Assembly (NCBI GenBank): GCA_963719505.1
Contig: CAVRCF010000005.1
Span: 896,001 to 960,000 of the forward strand
Reading direction: 5' to 3'
From: Halobacteriovoraceae bacterium
GTDB lineage: Bacteria > Bdellovibrionota > Bacteriovoracia > Bacteriovoracales > Bacteriovoracaceae
DNA length: 64,000 nt
Shown one piece after another: positions 1-8,110 of this stretch. The translations under genes were made by a program, and so were the position numbers. The first letter of the stretch is position 1. Each line of letters opens with the position of its first letter. The notes under the pieces are model-generated. The model was not told the DNA's origin. It ran no database searches and was given only the letters and a program-made list of their open reading frames with translations.

Positions 1-110
1 ACGTTTAATGCGCTCAGCCATTGTAACAGCAAATTTAATTCGCCACAATCCCCTCCTGCGTTTAAAATCGTTTTAATTAATATAACGCTCACAATTTTAA
101 AGGTTTAGGT

Positions 111-752
111 ATGAAAAAAATTGACTATTATTTTGATTTTTTAAGTCCATATAGCTATTTCTCTGTAGTTAATTTAGAGAAATCCGGTTTTTTTAAAAAC
201 TATGACGTCTCTCTAAAGCCCGTCGCAATGGGGACATTGTTCAATTATTTCGAAATGAAAGGTCCAGGAGAAATTCTTCCCAAGCGCCATTATATGCTCA
301 AGCAGTGCTTTATCTATGCGGCTCAAAATAATATTCCCTTCAATCCGCCGGACAAGCATCCTTTCAATCCTCTTTATGCTTTAAGGCTTGCAACAAAAGC
401 TTGTTCAGGAGAAAGACAATTGGAGATGACCTTGCTTCTTTTTAAATCTTGCTGGGAAAAGGGACTCACCCTAGGAGAACCCGAAGATCTCGAAATCATT
501 CTCAACCAGCACGACTTCGATGCCAAAAAAATTCTTGATAAAACGTTTGAACGAGAAGTAAAAAAAGAACTTAAACAAAATACAAAAGATGCCATTGAAT
601 CAAATGTTTTTGGAGTTCCAAGCTTTGTGGTTGAACAAGACCTCTTTTGGGGTAATGATTCTGTTTCAAATTTATTAGCTTTTTTGAAAGATGATTTTGT
701 CGATTGGAATAAAGAGCTTTATCAAAGAAAAATTGAACAGGATAAATTATGA
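111..752 (+). CDS. 2-hydroxychromene-2-carboxylate isomerase / kappa-GST-like DsbA-family thioredoxin-fold protein
   Basis: N-terminal YYFDFLSPYSY motif and C-terminal GVPSFVV...FWGND, typical of the HCCA isomerase/kappa GST family. Confidence 0.85.
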   Translation: MKKIDYYFDFLSPYSYFSVVNLEKSGFFKNYDVSLKPVAMGTLFNYFEMKGPGEILPKRHYMLKQCFIYAAQNNIPFNPPDKHPFNPLYALRLATKACSGERQLEMTLLLFKSCWEKGLTLGEPEDLEIILNQHDFDAKKILDKTFEREVKKELKQNTKDAIESNVFGVPSFVVEQDLFWGNDSVSNLLAFLKDDFVDWNKELYQRKIEQDKL

Positions 753-1126
753 TTTTTCTTTTTTTCTTATTCATCTCCTTTAATTGTTTTGCGACTACGT
801 TTAATTGTAATCTTCAGCTCATCCCAAGAGATAAAGTCATTAATGCTGCTGATTCGAGTCAATATATTCTAGAGTTCGAGGTAAAAACACCTATTCAGAA
901 AAAGAAAGAATTTAGCTTTAAACATTTGAAGGTCACTTTTTATCCTCTTCAAAAAAAGCTCCTCACTGTAAAATTTGAGAATACAAAGAAGAATACTTTT
1001 GTGGCAACTGACTATCTTGCGACTCAAGAAATTATATCCTTAAATACTCAGGACATAGGCTCTTTTATCTGCTGGTCTGAAAAAGCCCAGACCAGTGCCA
1101 AAGACGAAAAATTATCCTACCAATAA
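749..1126 (+). CDS. Secreted hypothetical protein
   Basis: ATGA overlap with upstream gene; hydrophobic signal peptide ending CFA; Cys near both ends. Confidence 0.7.
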   Translation: MIFLFFLFISFNCFATTFNCNLQLIPRDKVINAADSSQYILEFEVKTPIQKKKEFSFKHLKVTFYPLQKKLLTVKFENTKKNTFVATDYLATQEIISLNTQDIGSFICWSEKAQTSAKDEKLSYQ

Positions 1127-2115
1127 AGAGACCCTTTAAGTTTTGCAATCATAAGATTCATCAAATAAACGCAGTCATGTCCATCTGTTATTTTGATAAT
1201 ACCTTCAGAAGTGGTTCTCTGCCATTGAAAGTCTCTTCGATTCAATTCAGGATTTGGAAGGTTAACGGGACACTGAGCTAGAACTTGATCAACGAGTTCA
1301 CTTGAAACTCCATTATTAAAAAAATTCATAAGAGCATTGTCTTCATCTTTCTTATGAAGAAATTTTGCAACTTTCCTCATCTTCTTTTCAATCTTTTTAT
1401 CTTTAATTTTTCCTTCTTGCATATTGAGAACTCTGTACATCAAAAGAGACGAAGCTTTCAAGTGCCTAGGATATCCCGTTTCTGTAACCATCGTTTCTAG
1501 GTGAAAAAGTGTTTTTAAATACCATCCACTTTTTCTAACCTTCCTTGCTAAGCCACCGCCTTGAGGCATGACATCAAGGGCTCCAAACGTGTTGTAGAAA
1601 AGGTTTCTAGCACCAATTGTAATTCGACATCTATTGGCCGTAAATTCAGTACAGAGCTTCTCATCTGCTTCTTCTGATTGGATCCACTTAAACCAATTGA
1701 CAGCACTTTTTTTAACTTCTTCTTTTTCCTCTAAGTCTTTGTTTAAGTGCCCTTTTGCAATAAGGTAAGCGTGTACACCTCGGGCCATATCACGACTAAA
1801 GGAATTTATTTTTCCATCATCAACTCTGGTTACTCCGCGCCACCATCTTCCATTAGTTCCTTGTGCATTTTTAACATCGTCGCAGCGCTTTTTAATTGTT
1901 TCAGCATCATCGGCTAAAACGGCTCCAAGGCAGCCAAGGCCCGCAAAAAGAGTAACGTCATGTTGATGACAATCGTTGACATGCTCTGAATACGAGCCGT
2001 CTGAACATTCTAAAGCCCAGGACTTAACTTGTTCCCGTCTATTTTCTAATTTCTCTAGGAGAATAGGATTGGCGAAAAGGCCAAATGATAATAGCGATAA
2101 AAAAATTGCTTTCAT
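1117..2115 (-). CDS. Secreted Cys-containing hypothetical protein, possibly an alpha/alpha toroid
   Basis: AAGGAG SD before ATG at 2115 (MKAIFLSLLSFGLFA signal peptide); AQGTNGRWWR resembles the QxxxGxW motif of alpha/alpha barrels. Confidence 0.75.
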   Translation of the reverse strand: MKAIFLSLLSFGLFANPILLEKLENRREQVKSWALECSDGSYSEHVNDCHQHDVTLFAGLGCLGAVLADDAETIKKRCDDVKNAQGTNGRWWRGVTRVDDGKINSFSRDMARGVHAYLIAKGHLNKDLEEKEEVKKSAVNWFKWIQSEEADEKLCTEFTANRCRITIGARNLFYNTFGALDVMPQGGGLARKVRKSGWYLKTLFHLETMVTETGYPRHLKASSLLMYRVLNMQEGKIKDKKIEKKMRKVAKFLHKKDEDNALMNFFNNGVSSELVDQVLAQCPVNLPNPELNRRDFQWQRTTSEGIIKITDGHDCVYLMNLMIAKLKGSLYW

Positions 2116-2228
2116 GGAACTCCTTGAAAAAATGGTCAACGAATTTTTACCAAGAATTAACGCGAGGCACAATTTCAATTGAAACCTTTTCAGGGTCTAG
2201 TAATCTAAAGTATTGAAATGACGATATT

Positions 2229-2750
2229 TTAATCGATGGTAAGGGTCAAATTAGTGGAACCTTGTGCACAAACATAACTTCCCTTCCAAACACCTGCAAT
2301 AGGAGAGCCTGATTCAATTTTGATTCTTTTCAGGTCAAAAGTTTTACAGCCTTCAAACTCTACCCTACCTGTGAATTGCATTTTATCTTCTGTGACCTTC
2401 CCAGAAAGAGGTACCATTCCAATATCAACCGAGGGCTTATCTATCCATCTTAGAGATGCAAGATTGAGGCTTCCTGTCTTTTCATTGTACAAGCCCTCCA
2501 TTAAATACTTTCCCTTATACCCAGCCAAACTAAAATCAAAAGTGGCGTTAACCGAGCTAAGAATTTTCTTAGGGACTGGTTTAGGCTTGGGCTTTTCAAC
2601 TTTTGTCTTTGCAACTGGAGTTGGTTTTGGCTTCTGGGGCGAAACTTCTTTTTGCTGAAGAAGTGACACAAATATCATGACAAACAGAAGATCTAGTAAT
2701 GAAGTTAATTGGACGGCGCCTGTCTTTGTGCGCTTGAATTGTCTATCCAT
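2229..2750 (-). CDS. ExbD/TolR-like single-pass subunit with Pro/Lys linker and non-canonical periplasmic beta-domain
   Basis: QLTSLLDLLFVMIFVSLL matches the ExbD TM motif with its conserved Asp; KPKP-rich linker; overlaps the stop of the ExbB-like gene. Confidence 0.75.
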   Translation of the reverse strand: MDRQFKRTKTGAVQLTSLLDLLFVMIFVSLLQQKEVSPQKPKPTPVAKTKVEKPKPKPVPKKILSSVNATFDFSLAGYKGKYLMEGLYNEKTGSLNLASLRWIDKPSVDIGMVPLSGKVTEDKMQFTGRVEFEGCKTFDLKRIKIESGSPIAGVWKGSYVCAQGSTNLTLTID

Positions 2751-3369
2751 TTGAAGAAACACTTACGTCTGTGACGATCTTTTTAAAGTTGGAACTTTCG
2801 TGAATAACTCTTTCAACCTTTGGCCAAAGAATACTTTCACAAACCATAAAGACGATAGAAAAACCAATCCCTAGAATCGTTGTATCCATTGCCAAAACAA
2901 AGGCATTTGATAAAGCTGAAACATCTATCTTTCCCCCTCCGGCTGTTTGAGCGATGGCGAGAATCGTTCCAAGAATTCCCAAAAGAGGAAAGACCTGAAC
3001 AAGAGTGCTCATGACCGATGTGTAGGTTTCAATTTTATAGTGTCTTGTATAGAGAGGACGCTTTGAAATATTTTTTGCATTTTTTGCAAACTCGTATTTT
3101 ACTTCAGGTTCACTTGTCACCTTTCTTCTAATAAAATCGAGTGATGCTTGAATTCTTTCATTAACTGTTTGATCAGAATCTTTATCCGGAGCATCCGTAA
3201 ACCCCTTCATCAAATTATCACAAACATCAGAAAGGACAGTTTCATGCTTTTTTGTCAGAAGCGTGATCATCACAATCAAAAATACTTCGATACCTGCGAA
3301 AATAAAAATAATGGGAAAAATATTGTTCGTCATAAAGTTAAATAATGACTGAATAAAAGATGAATCCAC
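2743..3369 (-). CDS. MotA/TolQ/ExbB proton channel family protein
   Basis: Three TM segments; FPLLGILGTILAI and AFVLAMDTTILG motifs; AAGGAG SD before GTG. Confidence 0.85.
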   Translation of the reverse strand: MDSSFIQSLFNFMTNNIFPIIFIFAGIEVFLIVMITLLTKKHETVLSDVCDNLMKGFTDAPDKDSDQTVNERIQASLDFIRRKVTSEPEVKYEFAKNAKNISKRPLYTRHYKIETYTSVMSTLVQVFPLLGILGTILAIAQTAGGGKIDVSALSNAFVLAMDTTILGIGFSIVFMVCESILWPKVERVIHESSNFKKIVTDVSVSSNG

Positions 3370-3641
3370 CGTGGCTCCTTAAAAAAGACAATTATAAATG
3401 ATGTTTAATAGTTTAAGGTACTTAAAGCTGATGCGTCTAGATAAAACTCAATAGCTGACAGCACTAGTCAGCTTTGTTTTTATTGACTTAAATCATTGTG
3501 AGAAGTAGAAAAAGAGACCTTCCATGGCCAGAGGCTTCATCCATAAAGTAATTGGTAATTTTATTATGTAAGAAGTTTCAGGCTTTGGGAAACTGATGTA
3601 AGAATATAATAGGTTTTTACATGAATATTAATCCAATTAGC

Positions 3642-3668
3642 TAAAATTACTGAAATTTATGTCGATAG
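3642..3668 (+). promoter_or_regulatory. Putative sigma28 (FliA) promoter
   Basis: TAAA-N15-GTCGATAG versus consensus TAAA-N15-GCCGATAA, just upstream of the deaminase gene. Confidence 0.6.
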
Positions 3669-3693
3669 GTTCAGTAAGAATAAACAAATTTAG

Positions 3694-5325
3694 GTGAATA
3701 TAATGAGTGCACAACATATAAAGAAGCTCACGGAGCAATTAATTTCAATCATTAGTGAAACTAATGGAATTACCCTCAACGATACAATCGAGCTGGCAAT
3801 CAATTCAGAGTATTGCAAAGACCATGCGGCTGTAAAAAAATCATTTTCAGAATTCAGACGACTGCTTGCAGGTTACCAACAAAGTGAAGTCGATATCCAA
3901 ACACTTCTGGCCCATCCGGTAAGTGAAGCCTTTAGGTTATTTTTAAAGAGATTTCCTATCCCTTATAGAGAAGAGCATATTCACTTAACAGGTTCTTTAA
4001 CGGCAGACTTTGTGTATCCAAGATTAAAACCTCTGCTTGAAGGGGAAAACTCGGAGATATACTGGGATAAAATTAAAGAAACCTATGGTGAAGGTGTAAA
4101 GATTGAAGATGTCGATGATGTCGATCATCTTCTAAGACTTAAAGATGATGAGCAATTTGATCGCTACCTCGAAATTCTTCTTCTCCCAAAACTTATTCTT
4201 ACAAGTAGAAGTGCCCATAGAGAAGCTGCCTATCATATGGCCTCTGAGCTTTACCACTCTTACAATGTAGGCTTTATAAGACTAAAGTTTACTTTTTCAA
4301 GAGCAACCACTAAATCTTCAGAACAAATTCCCGGTCACGATAAACTCTCCGAAGAAGATGTTGTTATGGGTCTCTTTGAAGGCTTTATGGAGTTTAGAAA
4401 AAAAGTACCAGTCTTCAACTTTGTCCTATCACCATGCTTTAGAAAGGAATCTGATTTTTATGATGCTGAGAATTTTCCTGGAAAAAGGGAACATTTTAAT
4501 CATCAAATCGATCAAATTCTTGAGATCATCGAGAGAAACCCTCATGTGACTAAATTTTTGAGTGATGTTGACACCGTTGGAAACGAAAGGGACCTCTACC
4601 GAAAAGGTCACTTTCAAGATATGAAGATGGGATTCAGAAAGCTTCACTACAAGGGCTTCTCAATTCGATCTCACCACGGAGAGACCTTTCACACGTTAAA
4701 AAAAGGTGTTCAGGCCGTCGATAATGCTATGAATATTTGGCATATCGATACACTCGAGCATGGACTCAGCCTTGGAATCAATCCCAATTTTTACTATCAT
4801 AGCCTCTATCAGAGAGTTATTGAGCAAAACGAAACGGGTATTCCTCTCAAAGAAAAAAGTATTGAGTACAAAGAACTCGATGAAATGGACTGGAGAGAAC
4901 ACGGAAATATTAAAGATAAACTATTCTCAGGAATGCCTTTAAACGAAGTGGAAAAAACTCTTTTCGTAAAGACAAAATTCCATACAGCAAGAGAGGTAGA
5001 ACATTACCAACATGATGTTTTAAACAGAATGCTTAACAAGGGAGTCTCTCTTATCGCACTTCCTTCCTCCAATAAAAGACTGACTGGAAGTTTTGAAGAC
5101 TTTAAGGATCATCCTTTTTCTTGGTGGGAGAAGAAGAATGTTAATCTTGGAATTGGAACGGATAATTATATCACCTTGTGTACAGATTATCTGCAAGAGC
5201 TTCTTATCGTTCTCTATACTGACCCGGACACTCTTAAAATCACAAAGCTTTTAATGGTTGCTACCGGTGAGCAGAGAAGGCCTTTTATCTCACAACTTCT
5301 TTGGAAAATGAGAGACTTCAAGTAA
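3694..5325 (+). CDS. Adenosine/AMP deaminase-family amidohydrolase (RdrB-like motif pattern)
   Basis: Metal/catalytic motifs EEHIHLTGS (HxH), HHGE, EHGL, LPSSN, GTDN; start may be the ATG at 3703. Confidence 0.8.
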   Translation: MNIMSAQHIKKLTEQLISIISETNGITLNDTIELAINSEYCKDHAAVKKSFSEFRRLLAGYQQSEVDIQTLLAHPVSEAFRLFLKRFPIPYREEHIHLTGSLTADFVYPRLKPLLEGENSEIYWDKIKETYGEGVKIEDVDDVDHLLRLKDDEQFDRYLEILLLPKLILTSRSAHREAAYHMASELYHSYNVGFIRLKFTFSRATTKSSEQIPGHDKLSEEDVVMGLFEGFMEFRKKVPVFNFVLSPCFRKESDFYDAENFPGKREHFNHQIDQILEIIERNPHVTKFLSDVDTVGNERDLYRKGHFQDMKMGFRKLHYKGFSIRSHHGETFHTLKKGVQAVDNAMNIWHIDTLEHGLSLGINPNFYYHSLYQRVIEQNETGIPLKEKSIEYKELDEMDWREHGNIKDKLFSGMPLNEVEKTLFVKTKFHTAREVEHYQHDVLNRMLNKGVSLIALPSSNKRLTGSFEDFKDHPFSWWEKKNVNLGIGTDNYITLCTDYLQELLIVLYTDPDTLKITKLLMVATGEQRRPFISQLLWKMRDFK

Positions 5326-5326
5326 T

Positions 5327-5968
5327 TTAGCGTTTGGCCGTTGGAAGTGTGGAAGAACTATAATGTGCAACCTCACGATAGGGATCAGACAAAATAAGAC
5401 TTTGAACCTTAAGGTCTCCTCCAACACGCAAAGAGACCGTTGAAAACTCAATATTATTTTGAGTTTTAACACTTATAGATCCCCTAGCGCCAGCGCCCAC
5501 AATAGCTTTAACCTTGAAACTTCTAAGGTCGGTAGAAGAAAAACCCATTCCCATATTTCTGACAAACTTAAAGTCTAGAGCGTAGGTTCTTTTACCATTT
5601 TTTAAACTATCTGAAATCACTTTAAGTGTTAATGGCTCTGATCTGCGAGTAACGAGTCTTGCGGCCGCTGGAAAGTCTGATCGTGAAATAATGACTCTAT
5701 CTGAGCTTTTTAACTGACTAAAACTAAAGCCCCTTTTAACCCCTGAAGTATCTCTGTAGTGAAATCTCTCTATAGTTCCTGTTGAATAGTTAACCCCCGC
5801 GCAAGCGATCGCTGTCAATGTGATATAGGGAGAATTGATTTTGTATGTCGCAACTTGCTCCCAAGAAAGATTGGAGTAAGCTCTATCCGTTTCATCATCT
5901 CCGCAATTTTCAGTGGCGAAAGAATTAAACGAGGCCAGGATAATGCCCAAAAAAAGAATCAGCTTCAT
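5327..5968 (-). CDS. Secreted hypothetical protein (beta-rich)
   Basis: MKLILFLGIILASFNSFA signal peptide; open frame of about 213 aa. Confidence 0.75.
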   Translation of the reverse strand: MKLILFLGIILASFNSFATENCGDDETDRAYSNLSWEQVATYKINSPYITLTAIACAGVNYSTGTIERFHYRDTSGVKRGFSFSQLKSSDRVIISRSDFPAAARLVTRRSEPLTLKVISDSLKNGKRTYALDFKFVRNMGMGFSSTDLRSFKVKAIVGAGARGSISVKTQNNIEFSTVSLRVGGDLKVQSLILSDPYREVAHYSSSTLPTAKR

Positions 5969-6079
5969 AGTTGAACCCATAAGTTAAATTTATGGAGTTA
6001 AACTAGTCTTTAACAACGCAGAACACAATGAGTGCTTTCTTATTTACAGGGGTATGTTGCTAGACTTTACTGAGACAGC

Positions 6080-6532
6080 TTAATCGTCACTATCAGCAAG
6101 GAGCGACTCGTACTCACTTATGACTCTTTCTTCGCTGTCAGTCTCGCTATTGTTTTTGAGAGCAAAACCTTCTTTTACCCCTCTTAGAACTGAATCAGAT
6201 AAATTGGCAAACAAAGGCTTATCAATAAAATCAAAGACTCCATGCTTTATAGCTTCTTTCATCAGTTGATCATCACCATGAGAAGTGAAGATAATAAAAG
6301 GAACTTCTTCACCTTGAGAACGAGCGGCTTTAATGAGCTCAATCCCATCCATTTCAGGCATTCTAATATCTGTGACGACACAGCAAAGATCATTATTTTT
6401 AGCGATGACATCTAGAGCTTCTACGCCATTTGTAGCCGTTAAAATATTTTCAAAAGAAGCTGACAAAATTTTTGTGACCTTATCTAAAATAAGGGCTTCA
6501 TCATCAACGATGAGAATCTTTTTATTTTCCAC
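6080..6532 (-). CDS. Single-domain response regulator receiver
   Basis: ILIVDDE, TDIRMPEMDG, FTSH and DKP receiver motifs. Confidence 0.9.
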   Translation of the reverse strand: MENKKILIVDDEALILDKVTKILSASFENILTATNGVEALDVIAKNNDLCCVVTDIRMPEMDGIELIKAARSQGEEVPFIIFTSHGDDQLMKEAIKHGVFDFIDKPLFANLSDSVLRGVKEGFALKNNSETDSEERVISEYESLLADSDD

Positions 6533-6542
6533 TGCTCTTCCT

Positions 6543-7766
6543 TTAATTTAGTTTTGATTTTCCAGGATACTTCTTCTTCTCAATAGAGGCTGTTATTTCT
6601 TTTTCTAGGGCCTCTTCTTTTTCATCAATTGTTTTCTTAGACTTTTCTATAGCCTCATCAACTTCTTCTTCTAACTCATCAAAGACTTTAAATTCTTTTG
6701 GAGGATTAAAGATGGCTTGATTCACAAACCTGCGAAGGGCCTTTAAATCTGAAAAATCTCCACCACTAATCATCCCAACGTAGAGGGTTTTTCCTCTTTT
6801 AATAACTTTCTGAGTTGTTGGAATGAGGGTAATGAAAAAATCTCTCGGACATGATATTCTAAAATTTGAATTTATCGGAATCTCGCTTTCATAATAAAAC
6901 GAAAAGATATTTTCTGAAAGACTATTGACCTCGACCTCAAATTCAATTTCAAGGGTACTCATTTGCCCCGTTCGCGCTTTAAATAAAAGAAGCTCTTTAT
7001 TATGACGCTCAAGAATAGGTGATTTTGAAGATTTCTCAATCATCTTCATTAATATTTGACCATCTAATCTCAAACTAGAACTCATGATATTCGTATAGCC
7101 GTAGGCGCTAATCAAGGCAGCAGACTTTGATTTCATATTAAAGAGACATATTGTGGGTGTATAATCTTCTACCGCTTTAATTTTTTCCAGTAATTTTTCC
7201 ATCTGCCGAAAAACCTGTTCACTATCTTCCATGTCGATAAAGATGTACTGGAGCCTAGATGCTTTTATAACCTCTATGAGATGATCCAAAGAGGTCTTTC
7301 TCATAAAAAAAACATCTTCACCTCGATAAAGAGAATTGGTTTCAAGATTATTATTATCTGAACAAACTAAAACACTTTTCGTTCGATGAAAAAAAGTCTC
7401 TCGGTTATCATCCAACCAAGTATCAAGAGTGTCTTCAGAGAAGCCAGTTCCTTCATCTACTCCCCAAGCGCTTTCAAATTTGAGTTCCAATCGATAAGTC
7501 GAATAAAAGTCATAAACTGTAGACTCGGGACTATATTGAGAGAACTCACACTTCACTCCACCCAGAACATCAAGAGCACAGTTAGAGAGGGTTATCTCTT
7601 TCATGTCTTCAAGGGGAGCATCCGTTTCAATATTAATACTTAGTCCATCAATACTTGAGAAAAGACTTTTTGCTTTTAATGTGGTTGGTAAATTTAAATT
7701 TTTTACTGCGGCATAGGTCGTCAAAAGCTTGGGATCTTCGAAGGTTAGAAACTGGATATTATTCAT
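6543..7766 (-). CDS. Hypothetical signalling protein (degenerate receiver-like middle, possible PilZ-like barrel)
   Basis: Central beta/alpha pattern (VLVCSD...YIFIDM); EVNSLSEN...FRI segment resembles the PilZ D/NxSxxG strand; co-oriented with regulators. Confidence 0.5.
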   Translation of the reverse strand: MNNIQFLTFEDPKLLTTYAAVKNLNLPTTLKAKSLFSSIDGLSINIETDAPLEDMKEITLSNCALDVLGGVKCEFSQYSPESTVYDFYSTYRLELKFESAWGVDEGTGFSEDTLDTWLDDNRETFFHRTKSVLVCSDNNNLETNSLYRGEDVFFMRKTSLDHLIEVIKASRLQYIFIDMEDSEQVFRQMEKLLEKIKAVEDYTPTICLFNMKSKSAALISAYGYTNIMSSSLRLDGQILMKMIEKSSKSPILERHNKELLLFKARTGQMSTLEIEFEVEVNSLSENIFSFYYESEIPINSNFRISCPRDFFITLIPTTQKVIKRGKTLYVGMISGGDFSDLKALRRFVNQAIFNPPKEFKVFDELEEEVDEAIEKSKKTIDEKEEALEKEITASIEKKKYPGKSKLN

Positions 7767-7827
7767 GAACTTTTTGTCATCCTCTCCTTTAATATAAGCA
7801 TAACAAGAGCCATAAAATAAAGTTTTT

Positions 7828-8064
7828 TCATTTTATGCTAGTCCATTTTTTTATCCCAAATAGAGACAATAGATATCGAGAATGTTGAGGCGTCTCGACT
7901 AAATAACTATTTAGATCTGCCTTTCGATGAATCTCAGCTAAGTCTATGAGAACAATTTCGAGTTGCTGATCAATATTTTTGAAATTTTCCTTCCATTCTT
8001 TTTCAATGCACTTTAATTCAAGGAAGTTCGATTGTTTAAACTCTAGAAGACTCACTTTCACCAT
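7828..8064 (-). CDS. Small hypothetical protein
   Basis: 78-aa ORF filling the gap between co-oriented genes. Confidence 0.45.
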   Translation of the reverse strand: MVKVSLLEFKQSNFLELKCIEKEWKENFKNIDQQLEIVLIDLAEIHRKADLNSYLVETPQHSRYLLSLFGIKKWTSIK

Positions 8065-8110
8065 ATTAGAGTAGTCTTAGTCGTTTGAAAGAAAAGAAGA
8101 TTTTACGCTT

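Noticed and set aside
1-48. Possible start of a minus-strand gene (TTG/ATG...MAERIKR) with an AGGAGG upstream
   Set aside because: Only 16 codons are visible and SD spacing is short; no product can be assigned
2229-3369. Zorya ZorAB anti-phage motor
   Set aside because: The A subunit lacks the long cytoplasmic tail, the B subunit lacks an OmpA-like domain, and no zorC/D/E is nearby
3694-5325. Complete RADAR defence system
   Set aside because: No RdrA AAA+ ATPase adjacent and no defence-island context
7797-7812. Sigma54-like TGGCTC-N5-ATGCT upstream of the 407-aa gene
   Set aside because: Two mismatches to consensus, and the implied TSS would fall inside the SD sequence
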